A DNA stretch of 63,711 bases, filler included, from Octopus bimaculoides (Eukaryota): assembly GCF_001194135.2 (NCBI RefSeq). It is 7 parts of 7 records of this genome, joined end to end, with 100 filler letters (N's around TTAATTAATTAA, not from the genome) between each part and the next. Parts side by side here need not be neighbours in the genome. Positions count along the whole stretch, not along the records: positions 28,314 to 48,010 come from NC_068993.1; positions 48,111 to 57,294 come from NC_069005.1; 5 more parts are not named here. One strand, written 5' to 3'. How positions within the stretch are numbered: the first letter of the stretch is position 1; each line of letters starts with the position of its first letter. Of this stretch, positions 35,201 through 50,247 are shown one piece after another. The translations under genes were made by a program, and so were the position numbers. The notes under the pieces are model-generated. The model was not told the DNA's origin. It searched no databases and saw only the letters and a list, made by a program, of their open reading frames with translations.

Positions 35201-36257
35201 TTATATGTGTACTTGGTGATACTTGAATTATGTAATAGATGGCTTTGAAAACATCCCCCTGCTTTCAGAGACGTTTCTGATACTCCCAACGATACTCCTC
35301 TGTTTGCATTTTCGTACATTCCGAGTTTGGGTGGCTCAATTTATCTTACAGACTGATCGCAAGAACACAACGCATAGATTCATTCGCCTCTCTCTCTCAC
35401 TCTCTCTGCATGCAGGCCTGTAGACAGATACACACGTATACAACACACTCCTATAATGAAAGATATTGCGGCTGCTTTTCAGCCACCTGTGCAGTGGTAA
35501 ACAGTGAGATATACTAGATATACTCGTTTATGCTTGCGAACACACAAACACACATTTGGGTTACAGGAAGACAAGTTTAGCTACATATATTTATATGCTC
35601 TATCACACACGTAACCCACCCTATATACATACACATGCACATGAATATATGTATGTATATATATAAGTATATATGTATGTGTGTATATATATATATATAT
35701 ATANNNNNNNNNNNNNNNNNNNNNNNNNNNNNNNNNNNNNNNNNNNNNNNNNNNNNNNNNNNNNNNNNNNNNNNNNNNNNNNNNNNNNNNNNNNNNNNNN
35801 NNNNNNNNNNNNNNNNNNNNNNNNNNNNNNNNNNNNNNNNNNNNNNNNNNNNNNNNNNNNNNNNNNNNNNNNNNNNNNNNNNNNNNNNNNNNNNNNNNNN
35901 NNNNNNNNNNNNNNNNNNNNNNNNNNNNNNNNNNNNNNNNNNNNNNNNNNNNNNNNNNNNNNNNNNNNNNNNNNNNNNNNNNNNNNNNNNNNNNNNNNNN
36001 NNNNNNNNNNNNNNNNNNNNNNNNNNNNNNNNNNNNNNNNNNNNNNNNNNNNNNNNNNNNNNNNNNNNNNNNNNNNNNNNNNNNNNNNNNNNNNNNNNNN
36101 NNNNNNNNNNNNNNNNNNNNNNNNNNNNNNNNNNNNNNNNNNNNNNNNNNNNNNNNNNNNNNNNNNNNNNNNNNNNNNNNNNNNNNNNNNNNNNNNNNNN
36201 NNNNNNNNNNTATATACATACGTACACACATATATATAGGTATATATTTATGTGTGC

Positions 36258-36295
<38 letters not shown>

Positions 36296-36589
36296 TCGCA
36301 CGTAAGAATACACGAAAACATACTAACACACACGCTTACTCTTTGGAAAATATGCATATAAGATATAGAATCCTGATGACACTCGTACACGCAGTTATAC
36401 AAGCATGCGTATGCGAATATGTATACACACGTATATGCACAAGTCACCGTAACATATATACATGCTCTGATATAGAGAGATACATACACGCATATGTACA
36501 CACAGATACACATGCACGCATGAACATACATACATGTGTGTGTGTGTGTGTTTGATTATATATGTACGCACATGTATCATCATCGTATT

Positions 36590-36770
36590 CATCATCATCA
36601 TTTAACATCCTTTTTCTTCCATGTTGACATGAGTTGGGTGGTTTGACAAAAATAGACAAACCAGAAGGTTCTGTCTGGTTCCGTGTCTGCCCTGATATTA
36701 TCTCCGCCGCTGGATGCCCATTCTAGCGCCAACCACTTGACAGAAGGTACGGGTGCATTTTTCTACGAAT
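36590..36770 (-). mobile_element. Diverged RTE-type 3' tail
   Basis: (CAT)n-TTTAACATCC...TTCCATG...CTGGATGCCC...GCCAACCAC is similar to the reverse complement of 25890-26045. Confidence 0.5.
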
Positions 36771-37129
36771 TATGTCTATCTACAGAAAGCACAAATGCGC
36801 ACACGAGCAATTGCTGAACCCAGAAAACTATAAACAGTTTCTTCACACCCCTATGTGTGTGTGTATTCGACGGCTTATTTTTTAGTTTCTAACCTACAAA
36901 TCCACTCACAAGGACTTGATCGATCCGAGGACTTAAAAGAAGACACTTGCCCAATTTTCTACGCAGTGGGATTGAACCCAGAAATATGCAGTCGCGAATA
37001 TCGAGGAGTACATCACTGTTTATGCCATATAACTGTTCAGACATTTAACCGAGAGTTTCCTTTCGCGATTTTTGAACTTACCAATATCGTTATCGCAGAC
37101 GCTTGTTATAAGTGCAATATTTGATTTTG

Positions 37130-37720
37130 GTTTAAATATTAAATTCGTCAGAAAAATCACAGTCTCGTGTTATTTTCTCAATGGCCCAACTCTCCTCAGC
37201 TGCTCTTTGACTGTTAATGGTGGTCATCATACTTTTTTTAGAGGTCATATTTTTTTCGATTCGAGTGATGCAATGGCAGTCGAATGGGTGCGTTGCTGCT
37301 GGCAGTGTTTAAGTTGGTTGATTTTCTTGTTAATCCTTTTTATTTTTCTGATAATTACTCTTCTATTTCTAGGAATTCTGCACTTAGATTTGTATTCTGA
37401 TCATAATGGAGTATGTTTTTCGCATATATTTCTCACAGTATCTAGAAATGTCTGCCATGATGCGTTTATGCTGGAGGGGGTGGGTGGGTGCGTGCGTGAA
37501 GGCCCAATCAACTTGTGAAAGATCATGATCGATCGCATACCAGTCTGTGTTATAAAGTTCCATAGTGCCAAATGGATGAACTGAAGAGATGCCACTGGAT
37601 TTGATCTTTGGGAGGTAGAATCTCAGATCGCAGAGAACCATGTCATGGTCTGAGAGTAGTGGTGTTTTATCCACTGCAATATTGAGGAGAGGATAGTGTC
37701 AGTTGGAAGTTGGAGGAAAA
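37130..37720 (-). mobile_element. CR1/L2-group LINE fragment (end of APE endonuclease and linker)
   Basis: LSDHDMVLCDL (SDH motif), YNTDWYAIDHDLSQVDW and EESWAIEKIT occur in the expected order. Confidence 0.5.
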
Positions 37721-38867
37721 TAAATTGGACAAAAACCAAATTGGAGATAATAGACTGTGGACATCTTTTCATTTATGAATCCGGAATCTAATTTTTTGTA
37801 TATCAAGCAAAAATACAATTTAATCTTACAATTCCTTGGAAGAATGAAAACATCCTAGGCTTTAGATGTCAACAAAATTGTCCGAACCAGAGATTAGACA
37901 ACCAACAATGCAGTAACATCTGCACGGACATGGAAATGCTAATGCTAACAAAATAGTAACCCCCATTGAGAGAAAAAATAGTGACCCCCATTGACAGAAA
38001 AAAAACACAAATATTTGTAGAGATCTAATCGCAAACACATAATTCAAATAAAACACACGCACACAAATTCATACACTCACACACACACGCACATGCACAT
38101 GAACATACATGGAAATATGCTTAGGGAATCGAAAAATCAGATAAAGGAAAGCAGGATGTGAGCACCGTACCATAACTTTGCCCAACAAAACCTACCGAAC
38201 CGTATAACAATATGCAAAGAGTGTGGACAACCAACTGCAAAAATGTCTTCCTGCATGCGATTTGACAAACAAAGTCATCTGCATATAAACAAGTGAATCT
38301 AATGAAAGAAATGACGTGACCAACGAACCGTAAATAAAAACCCTTGCTTTTTGACATGCAGGATGTGTCAAAAAAATTTATTCCATGAATATAAATAACT
38401 TTAAAACAAAATGAGCAAAACAAACTGTATGAACAATAAAAAGAGGAAAAGATGACCACGCCCTCAAATAATAAAAATGATAAAGCATATCGAGCTCCAA
38501 TCAGCCACAGGTAAGAGGTAAAGTTAACGAACCGATCCATCACATAATAGAATAAGACCGTGCCTATAGCAATACAAAATCACTAATATGTCGATTCATA
38601 GTAGTTCTTGACTAATGATCGCGATAACATAAAACTCACGCCACGCAAAACGTACTCCTGTTAAATAAGCATTATATTCTACAACTTGTATTACGTTCCC
38701 TCTCTCCTCTTTCCGTAATCGTTCGACAAGACCCAATGTTTTAAAATACTATGCATATCTATAAGCGAATATCTGCGCCCGAATATATGAATGTGGCTAC
38801 GTACACAATCATATATTCGGGACGCATGCACATATATATATATATATATACAAAGTGTGTATATATA

Positions 38868-39242
38868 GGCGCAGGAGTGGCTGTGTGGTAAGTAGCTTGC
38901 TTACCAACCACATGGTTCTGGTTTCATTCCCACTGCGTGGCACCTTGGGCAAGTGTCTTCTATTATAGCCTCGGAAACTGAAAGAAGCCTGTCGTATATA
39001 TGTATATATATATATGTTTGTATGTGTATATGTATGTGTGTCTGTGTTTGTCCCCCCAACATCCCTTGACAACCGATGCTGGTGTGTTTACGTCCGCGTA
39101 ACTTAGCGGTTCGGCAAAAGAGACCGATAGAATAAGTAGTAGGCTTCCAAAGAATAAGTCCTGGGGTCGATTTGCTCGACTAAAGGCGGTGCTCTAGCAT
39201 GGCCGCAGTCAAATGACTGAAACAATGAAAAGAGTAAAGAAA
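38868..39242 (+). mobile_element. SINE family A, near full length
   Basis: GGCGCAGGAGTGGCTGTGTGGTAAG head, internal microsatellite and complete 3' half. Confidence 0.88.
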
Positions 39243-40388
39243 AGAGTATACGTACATGTGTACCAGTATAAATATATGCACATATGAATATATGAATCTC
39301 TCTACGTCTATAGATCGACCTCATGAATATGTGTCTGTATGTGTATATACAATTATTTTTGCAAATATCCTACACTAATGTTTCACTGATACTACGCAGA
39401 TGTGCATACAATTTTGGTGAGTATAAAAATCCATTTAGATATACATACTTTTGTGTACACGTACGATTGCATGTATATGTATGTGTATGAACTCATGGAT
39501 GAATGTGTATGTGCACGTATGTTTTAGAACATTTTTGTATGTGTATATCATTTACGAACTATATGAGTATATAGATATCTGTGTAAGTTAAAGTGTGTAC
39601 GTTAGTGCGTGGACGTCTGCTTCTCTACATTTCCGTATATATGTGGGTGCATGTGGCTGTAAGCATGTATAGATATGCAACTATTGATATGCAAAACAAT
39701 ATGCACATACATATATCTCTATATACTTACGCGAACAGAAATATATACATATATGAATATGTTCGCACAAACGTAGTCACATACAGGAATGGAGGCAGCC
39801 GGGTATACGCATGTATATAGAATATATGTTTAATTATTTTAAAGTTTCTATATGTTGGTGTATAGGAATGGCGGAGCATGCGTGAAAATATGCTTGCATA
39901 AAATTCAATATATTCGATATGAGTGTGTGTATATGTCTGTGTGTGTTTGTCTGTGAGTGCGTGTGTGTGTTTGTGGATGCGTACGTATGAAAATGCGCAA
40001 CTTCTTTAAACCAGCCTAGGGAACACATTGCGTTTTATTATGCATGTCAAGTATTAACGGCTGCAAAATATTTTCTTTTGCTTTCAGATAAGTAGCTCAA
40101 ATATATTTATAAACTTTCATGTACATACAGAGATAGACGAGAGATACATACACACACATACACATACATACACACACGCCCATATACATATACACATGCA
40201 TATGTGAATAGCTGTGTGTATATATGTGTGTGTAGTAATTTGTTGGCTTTACCTGGAGCCATGTTGACTCCATTCCTTTAGGTCAAGATATAAAAAATCA
40301 AGATTGTAATTCTCCGAACAACTTGTCTTCCATTTTGTTTTCTGAAAAAGGTGAATGTATTAAAGAGAAAAACATTACATATACATAC

Positions 40389-40420
<32 letters not shown>

Positions 40421-40761
40421 GGGTGTGTGCGCGTGCATGTATTACTGTATGCTTCTGTATGGGTGTAAGTATATATATATATATATATATATATCTATAT
40501 ATATTTCTATATATATATATTTATGCATAAATATATGAACATATATGTATCATATGTGTATATTTGTATTTTATATAATATTTTTTTTATTTTTACAGAC
40601 TATTGAATTTTGAATTTTCATCTACCTGTTTGGTTAAATAATTTGCTGCATCATACAAAGGATTGCTACTTCTCAAACTAATACTATCACAGCTGGCCCT
40701 ACAAGTGTTTTTCAGTAATAACAATAAACACTATAGTAGTAGTAGTAGTAGTAGTAGTAGT

Positions 40762-40910
40762 CCTTTCTACTATAGGCTCAAGGGCTGAAATCTTTGGTGT
40801 AGGGGAAAAGTGGATTACTTCGACCCAAATACGTAACTGGTACTTATTTCATTGATCCCCCACCCCCACCCCCGAAAGGACGAAAGTGAAAGTAGAACTC
40901 TGCAGACTTT
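40762..40910 (-). mobile_element. SINE family B, diverged
   Basis: CCTTTCTACTATAGGC tail, ACTGGTACTTATTTCATTGATCCC and GAAAGGACGAAAG. Confidence 0.7.
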
Positions 40911-42835
40911 GAGGCTCACCATTAGTACAATGTGAGGACTAATACAGAAAAGGTGCCCAACGAGAAAGTGGAAGTCCTACATGGAGAGATTCTGTTTTGT
41001 TTTCAGGTGTGGCCGCCTTAATGTTGGTATGAATATTGATATCCTTTTCTTCTTTTTCGTTGCTATTAATGTTGTTGCTGCTATCGCCTGTCACCGTAGC
41101 CATGGTGGTGTTGTCCCTAACGAATTCGTGGACATGCGAGGTGAAAGATCTCCCAAGGTGGATGACAGGTGTAAGAACGTTATGAGCGCCACAACACAGC
41201 TCGGTAATTATCCATCTCCTATTTCTGCATCTTATTTACTGTCCGGTCATATTTATGCTCGAAAATATTTTTCCCTTTCGGTAATTTTTTCTTTTAATAG
41301 AATCACATTAGACCTGGGATTATAAACAATAGGCCAGACGTTCTAAATTCGTTCCCGAAGCATACCTGGAAGAATGAAGTCAAAAGGTTTCGTTTAGTCT
41401 CGGTAACTTTACAGACTAACATTTCTTTTTTACTGCTGAGATATGTATGAGCTGTAAGTTCCTCTAGTTAAACAAGTTGTATTAATGTACGATGCGTCAA
41501 TAGATGGAGAAGATGAAAATCCTGCAGGCATCATCATTATGTTTCATACATCTTTCAAACTGAAGCTGTCTACTTCGTCATTTGTATTGTTTCCATGTAA
41601 CTTAAACAAGTTCTGGCATTTATTTTTATTAACATATTTCAAAATTTATTTGACTGGAATCTAAAGAATTTCTAGATTCATCATTTTTAAGGAGAATTTG
41701 GTAGACAATTTCAAGAGAAGTAGAGAAGTAGTACCCACCTGTTGTCATTATCTTCGTAATTAATTATTGTTGTGAATACACACGATTTCCTCTTTCGGAA
41801 GACAAGAGAATCAGCGTCATACATCAGAAGTCTCCTGAGCAAAATGATTTACGTAACATTTGTATATTCTCCATTTATATGGAATGTGATTTTGTGTTTA
41901 GTTGTCCACAGGGACCATAAACCATCTATTTACATAATATCAATTATCTTTGATCAATATATGGAATAAGAAATCCCGCATTAATTAATTTCGCAGAAAT
42001 TCTTGCGTGAATCCACGCTATCTCGTATCTACCATAATGTCTCAACATCTGCTACTCTCTATTAGGCATTCATCACTTTAAGGTGCTATGTCTCCCTATC
42101 TTTAATGATATTGGTCTCCGCTAACTTATCATATACTGACGAAAAATAGGAGCAGTGATCTTATATCTGTGTTGATATTTCTCTCCTGATAGTTAATCCT
42201 TAATCTCTTTCCAACGAGGTTGCGGAAGAATGTAATTATTTGTAACTTGGCCAAAATAAGACGAATTCTGAACACGAGTACTATCAATTAAACCGTTCAC
42301 CCTTCGAATATTAGATCGGTCTGTACTTGTAAATTAAATTAAGATGAAATCTAAAGCTGCTCTTAACGGGAGTTTGAACTCAGTGACTAGATACATAACT
42401 AAGTTCAGTAAGCAATTTGTTCAACTCTGTATCATATTTGTATCAAAATTGTCGGGATTAAGGAAGGTTTATTTCTGTTGGGACGAGAAATAGTTTCAAG
42501 TAAACTTTTGATCCAATAACGCTTACTTCATACGAATTTGATCCAAAGACTTATTTGTTTCCCCGCAGTCATCATCCTCTCCCTCAGATACTCGCCATAC
42601 ATTCACTGGCACATCATGCACACAAACAGAAACCCAAGCACATGTGAGGACACACACCTTCGCAGAATTTATCACTTGTCTCCTTTATACAATACTATAT
42701 AGACAGTATATATACATATATACATACATAAACATACACAAACATATATACATATATGTGTGCATATGTATATATATATATATATATATTTATTTATTTA
42801 TTTATTTATTTCCTATATATTATTTCCTCGCGTTC

Positions 42836-42871
42836 CTTTCTGCTGAAGAGCGGAGGCTCGAAACGTTAAAG
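42836..42871 (+). ncRNA. Minimal hammerhead-like motif in a Penelope-type terminal repeat; variant core
   Basis: CTTT-CTGCTGA-A-GAGC ggag GCTC-GAAA-CGTT-AAAG. Stems I and II are perfect. A6 is replaced by C. Confidence 0.6.
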
Positions 42872-43627
42872 AATTTCTCACCTTCCCGAGCGTTAAACTA
42901 ATACACTTGTTTTTTGTTTATGCACCTTCGTCTTTTGTTTTCCTGTAATTTTCAACTATATATATATGTATTCATACATACATACATACATACATACATA
43001 CATACATACATACATACATACTCACACATACACATACACATATTTGAACTATTAGCCCCTCAATTTTGTCGTTAACATCCTATCTAAAAAATGAAGTTTT
43101 ATATGTGCACATACTATCAAAATTCCAACTTGCGTACAACCTTGTTTAATATGAAAGAATTAGCAACAAACAATTTACAAAAGAAATGCTTTACCAAATT
43201 TCAGAATCGCAGAAATTTTTGAAGAACATTATAGACCAGCACAGCAAATACATCGGAAATATACACCAAAATCGGAAATATACGCACGAGCAAAAGGAAT
43301 CAGCGGATATTTCAGGTATCGAAGAATCGTGACAAAAGCGATTGGTATTATGCAGATGGCACTAGATTCTGTAGAATCCGTAAAATAATTCCCAGATTAT
43401 TCCATTCCATTTTAGTATTGGCTCGATATGATTTGCAAAACACAGAGAATATTAAGATTGACTGGCTTTGGCAGATAACTATGGAGGTTTATGGATCTTC
43501 TCTGCTTCCACCCACGTAGCGAAGGTCAGCGCAAATAACGCCACAAACGCCCATATATACGCATACTTGCAAACAGCGCCACACATCCTCATATATAAAC
43601 ATACATGCAAACGACTCATACACACAG

Positions 43628-43693
<66 letters not shown>

Positions 43694-43874
43694 TATAAAC
43701 ATTCATATATACATATATATACATATATACAAATATAAGCTTGGCGATAGAAGCGGGAAAATTGAAATCAAAATATGAGTATGTGTGCATATATGTATGC
43801 ATTTGTTAATATTTATATGTATACATTCACACACAGGGAAACCCGTACTTGAGCACGCATACACCTCACGCACG

Positions 43875-43977
<103 letters not shown>

Positions 43978-44164
43978 GCACACACACACACACACACGAA
44001 TGTATTTTCGCTCATAGACTCACTAACTCATTCGCATACGTATTGTGTATATTCTTTTCGGTGAAACTTGTTCAGTCGAAGTAGACGAAGTACTCAATAC
44101 AGACAACAAGTGTAGAAATCCCTTTATTAATATTCTGTACATTGTGAAGTTGCAAGCCTTAGTA

Positions 44165-44462
44165 TTTGAGGTATTCAGGTCACGATGGTAAGGTCATGAG
44201 TTCGATTCCCCCGTGTGGAGTTGTACTCTTGAGCAAGACACTTTATTTCACGTTGATCCAGTTCACTCAACTGCCAAAAATGAGTAGTACCTGTAATTCA
44301 ATATAGCAGTCTTATCATATCCGGTCGTGCTGAATATCTCCCTGAGAACTATGCTAAGGATACGCGTGTCCCTGGAGCGCTCAGCCACTTGCCCGTTAAT
44401 TCCCCGAGCAGGATGTTCCGTTGATGAGATCAACTTGAACCCTCGTCTTTCTAACCGACGGA
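44165..44462 (+). mobile_element. tRNA-headed SINE, separate family (F)
   Basis: B box GAGTTCGATTCC at about 44199, followed by TTGAGCAAGACACTTT...CTCAACTG...AAATGAGTA, a typical SINE central domain. Single copy in the window. Confidence 0.65.
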
Positions 44463-44589
44463 AAACCAGGGGGAAATCCTTAACGGCATGAAATTCAAGT
44501 CATTCAATATGTTGTCTGGCCTATTTGCATCTATCTTTCTGTCAGTTTGAATGCTGAAGTTCGAGAGGAGTGAGGATGTGATCGTTTTC

Positions 44590-44914
<325 letters not shown>

Positions 44915-45088
44915 GTAGTGACTACGCAAATGTGTCGTTCCTGTAGAGGATGATGATCGCTCATCACATCTTCATGGAGACGCTGTGATGATGATGGTGA
45001 TGGTGATGATTATGATGTTGATGATGATGATGATGATGATGATGGTGACGACGATTATCATAATGAATGATGATGTTGATGATGGAGT

Positions 45089-45120
<32 letters not shown>

Positions 45121-48100
45121 TGGAGGAGCAGTATCAGTTAAGGTAACGACGAAGGGGGAATACTTCATAACACCGTTGATTGCAAAATATGGCCGTAGCT
45201 GATGCTGTTGATTATGATTATTTTCCTGGCATTGGCCTTCTTGTTTTATTGATTGGGATGCTTCTGGCTGTTCGACTATCTCTCCAAACGCTGCTGTCGA
45301 TGCTACTGTCACTGCTGCTGCAACGTTGATGATAATGAAGGTCGGTCGGCATTCTTTAATTTGATAATAGCTTAATGTAGATTATGGTTTATATTCTGAC
45401 TGTTTCGAAAGAACTCAGTAGGTAAAGGATACTTACTATAAGGCATAGGCGCAGCTGTGTGGCTGGGAAGCATGTTTCACAGGTATGTGGTGACTGGTTG
45501 AGTCCTACAGCGCAGCAATTCGGGTAAGCGTCGTCTACTCTTGCCCTAGGCCAAAGAAACAATTCTGAGTAGATTTGGAAGAACGAAACTGAAAGATGCC
45601 GCCGTGTATGTATGTATATAAGGAAAATAAGATAAGGTGGAAAATGCTAAAATAATATTCATTTTTCATTATACATATCAACTACTACTTTTCAACATTC
45701 TACTTATATATATATATATATATATATTGTAGGAAAAGCTCAAATGTATAAACATACGCTGACAGGGGTGGGTGGAAAGCCCCATGACCAAATGGAGAAA
45801 CTCTCAGACTAGACGTCCAGTTTCGCGTATTGCTGTATACTTCGTCAGTGAGAGCCGCCCAATCGGCTTGTCTCAATCACCCAGTCAATATATATACTCA
45901 CATATGCACACATATATATACATATATACACAGAGAAAGAAAAAGAAAGAGAGAGATTGATTTATGCATGTCTGAATATATGTATGTGTGTTTGTGTTCA
46001 TGTTTGGCCCCCACCACTGCGTGAAAAACTGGTACTGGCTTGTTTACGTCTCCGTAACATAGTGGTTCGACAAATGAAATTGAAATAATAAGTATACGAG
46101 ACTTAAAAAATAATTACGGGGGATGGGTGACCGATTCGTACCACTTAACCCTTGATAGTGTCACCCTAGCACGTCCGGTATCTAACGACTGGAAAAGTGA
46201 AAGTGAAAATAAATCGTGTGTATTTCTTAATACCGTCTTGTATACTATCATTGAGTTATGTTACCAAGGATTTTTTTTCTTCTTACAGCGCTCTTTGAAA
46301 TGATTTCTATGAAGTAACGAGTGATGCTGAAGATCTTCTGAATAGAAAACTATAATAACCCTTTCTGTCTTCATCATTCTCTGTTTTGCAACGTGTTTAG
46401 TAATATACGATAATTTGCCGTAAAATGTGGGATTTTGGTAACAAAATCTTGGTCTATACACGTCAGTAGATGATGAGTGTTATGCTCTTATGTTTGGGAT
46501 GTTCTTGGGTATACTATAGGGAAAACTGTTGACGCAGTGGCTGGAGTGTTGCACTTGCGGTCGAAAATCGTTATGATCGAAAATGGTGGTACTGTAACCA
46601 GAATCGATCCTACCGGTTGAGGAGTTTGGAATTTATCCGGCTTGTGAAAGCTCTTAAGCCACTTGGAGTAAATTATTCCCTCTCTTAATAGAAATAGCAG
46701 CCAAATCTCTTTGAAATTACATTTGTCGTTCTCAGAAAACAAGGAAACATTGCAAAATATAGATTTAGATATATTAACCACCCCCTCTCTCCATCCCAAA
46801 AGATTTTAGAAACAACACGTGATTTACTTAATACTTCGCCTTTAATCAAAGAATATAGGACTCTTGGATCAGGATAAACCTGGGGTTAAACAGCAAGTAG
46901 GAGAAGAAAGTATAAATATAANNNNNNNNNNNNNNNNNNNNNNNNNNNNNNNNNNNNNNNNNNNNNNNNNNNNNNNNNNNNNNNNNNNNNNNNNNNNNNN
47001 NNNNNNNNNNNNNNNNNNNNNNNNNNNNNNNNNNNNNNNNNNNNNNNNNNNNNNNNNNNNNNNNNNNNNNNNNNNNNNNNNNNNNNNNNNNNNNNNNNNN
47101 NNNNNNNNNNNNNNNNNNNNNNNNNNNNNNNNNNNNNNNNNNNNNNNNNNNNNNNNNNNNNNNNNNNNNNNNNNNNNNNNNNNNNNNNNNNNNNNNNNNN
47201 NNNNNNNNNNNNNNNNNNNNNNNNNNNNNNNNNNNNNNNNNNNNNNNNNNNNNNNNNNNNNNNNNNNNNNNNNNNNNNNNNNNNNNNNNNNNNNNNNNNN
47301 NNNNNNNNNNNNNNNNNNNNNNNNNNNNNNNNNNNNNNNNNNNNNNNNNNNNNNNNNNNNNNNNNNNNNNNNNNNNNNNNNNNNNNNNNNATATATATGT
47401 AGGTATGTATATATACAGACATTAAACAAAGAAAGTAGACGATTTGATCACCAAGGGGAATAAGATTAATGGGCAATGGTATGAGAAAGAGGATGTTGTG
47501 AGCCCGACAGTAGAGTTGATACTATAGCAGCCTAATAGGAGAAGATGATGGTCATTATTATATTATTTGATCAAATATTTTTCAACCGGAAGTGAACAAA
47601 TCATCAACCGCCATTTTATATTTTATATCTAACTCGTCTATCATATCTTCATTTATTTATTCATTGTTTTTATTTCTTCATTTATAGGTTTTATTTTTTT
47701 TTTGCCTTTTTTTTTGTTTTGTTCTATTGTGCTTTATATTTTCCTTGTATCATTATTATTAATATTATTTATTTTTTTTCTTATTGTACAAATATTTGTC
47801 CCTCTGCTGGAAATTTAATTATCCGGCTTGAAGCGAGACTAGAACGAAATTAGGACGGTTAATCCAATAACGGACCTGCAACTACTACTACTACCACCAC
47901 CACCAGCACCACCACCACCACCACTACCAACACCACCACCAACACCAACACCACCACCAACACCAACACCACCACTTTTATACAACCATCGTAATCACCA
48001 TCCCCAACACNNNNNNNNNNNNNNNNNNNNNNNNNNNNNNNNNNNNNNNNNNNNTTAATTAATTAANNNNNNNNNNNNNNNNNNNNNNNNNNNNNNNNNN

Positions 48101-49039
48101 NNNNNNNNNNATATATATGTATAGTCCATAAGTTAGGAAAAAAAGGCACTTGTATACTTCTTCATGCGTGGGTGTCTTTGTGTCGGTGTTGACACTTGAC
48201 AGCCAGTGGTCGTTCGTTTACGTTCCATAACTTGACGGTTCGACAAAAGACACTATTAGAATAATTACAAGATTATAAAAAAATAAATACTGAGGTCGAT
48301 TTGTCCGAATAAAATTTTCCAAGGCAATATCACAGCATGGCCGCAGTCCATTGAGTGAAACACTTAAAGAATAAAAATATATATAGTACGTCCACACGCA
48401 CTCAATCCAAGATTTTCCTCCACCTTCACACTCACCCTGTCATCTGGGACAAGCACGACTGGAATGATGCAGTTAAGTACATGATACCTCACCTTATGCA
48501 CGCACACACACACACACACAACACAGCACAACACACATACATGTGCGTCCACACATAGATACATAAACTGCAACAGACACACACAGATATGTACATATGC
48601 GCACAAGAATATTTTCACCTGTTTTCTTTTTAACGTTTAATCACATGATCAATGACGTCACAGCTCTCACTGGACTATGGGTACTACTTTAGGTTAATGT
48701 AGCCTTGAAAGGCAAAGTGACAATTTGCCACGAATAGACTGACGTGTCTAACGTATGGTCATGTCATATCTGCCACTTAGACGTAAGCGTAAAGACTGTA
48801 AGGTTGATTAATAGACTATAGGAGTAATTATACCTGAATGAGGCTAGGAATGATACAAATATGCAGATGACTGGTTGCTCTAAATGGCGTCCTCGGCTGT
48901 TGCGGAATATTTTCGAAATAATCACTTTGGCACCCTCATTGCTATATATGTACATTTGTATGAATGTATGTACGTACGTACGTATGTATGTATGTATGTA
49001 TGTATGTATGTTTGTATATGGTGGTTGTCTACTCCTTAA

Positions 49040-49315
49040 ACAGAGTTTGACCACCTCCTGCACCTACACCTTAGCCCTTTCATGGCGTCTGATGTGACTT
49101 TTTAAACCAGACAGTGTTTTGAAAAAACACCCACACAGATTGCACCTCTGATTTGCACTACCAATACCTGCAAGTAAGTTCTGCTCATTGTGGATTCTAA
49201 CATGTCTTTTAAGACCCCCATTGGATTTGCAAACCCTCTGGCACACACCACATTCAAACGTGTGCACAGACATATAATCAGAATAGCTGGGTGAGGTTTG
49301 TTTTCCATGGGTTCG
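49040..49315 (-). mobile_element. 3' end of a non-LTR (probably RTE-type) element encoding two intact C2H2 fingers
   Basis: CGVCQRVCKSNGGLKRHVRIH and CNLCGCFFKTLSGLKSHIRRH (C-X2-C-X12-H-X3-H). No TGEKP linker. Stop at 49064, bounded by microsatellites. Confidence 0.6.
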
Positions 49316-49512
49316 CATACAAACATACATATATATATGTGTATGTTTATACATCTATATATATGTCTACCAGTCAAGTACTGGAGTCGATGTGATCGAC
49401 TTACTCCTTCCCAAAAATTACAGGCCTTGTGCATACAGTAGAAAGGATATATATATATATATAAATATGTGTGTGTGTGTGTATGTTATATGTGTATTAT
49501 ATGTATGTGTTT

Positions 49513-49557
<45 letters not shown>

Positions 49558-49616
49558 TATACATACATACATACATACATACACACTCACACACACACAC
49601 ACACATATATATATAT

Positions 49617-49980
49617 GGGAGTGGCTGTGTGGTAAGTAGCTTGCTTACGAACCACATGTGTGGCACCTTGGACAAGTGTCTTCTTCTATAGCCTCGGGCC
49701 GACCAAAGCCTTGTGAGTGGATTTGGTAGACGGAAACTGTATGTATATGTATATATGTATGTGTGTGTATATGTTGTGTGTCTGTGTTGTCTCCTCAACA
49801 TCGCTTGACAACCGATGCCGGTGTGTTTACGTCCCCGTAAATTAACGGTTCGGCAATAGACACCGATAGAATAAGTACTAGGCTTATAAAGAATAAATCC
49901 TGGGGTCGATTTGCTCGACTAAAGGCGGTGCTCGAGCATGGCCGTAGTCACATGACTGAAACAAGTAAAAGAGTAAAAGA
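49617..49980 (+). mobile_element. SINE family A, B-box region deleted
   Basis: Matches 38868-39242 and 54476-54865. Confidence 0.88.
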
Positions 49981-50199
49981 GTGTATATATATATATATAT
50001 ATATATACTTATATGTATTTATATAAAATTTATAGTCAGGCTGTGTAGATTAATAAATACCAGCACAGAAATATACCCGCACAAGTATGAGCACGCGAAT
50101 ACTTGCATTTGTATAGTGAAAGAAAAAGGAAAAGAAAAAAGAGAAAGGAAGAGAGAGAGAGATAGATAGATAGAGATAGAGAGAGAGAGATAGATAGAT

Positions 50200-50247
<48 letters not shown>

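Noticed and set aside
33601-35319. 572-aa Thr-rich mucin-like ORF and other long poly-H, poly-I, poly-K, poly-L and CV/HT ORFs
   Set aside because: These are translations of microsatellites and N runs, with no domain content or splice structure.
38120-38680. Possible second Penelope GIY-YIG relic (ATGKR, LSK-like pieces)
   Set aside because: Motifs are scattered across frames with many stops. Not supportable.
43180-43500. YYADGT...DLQN...W as a CR1/L2 RT relic
   Set aside because: One imperfect motif, compatible with chance.
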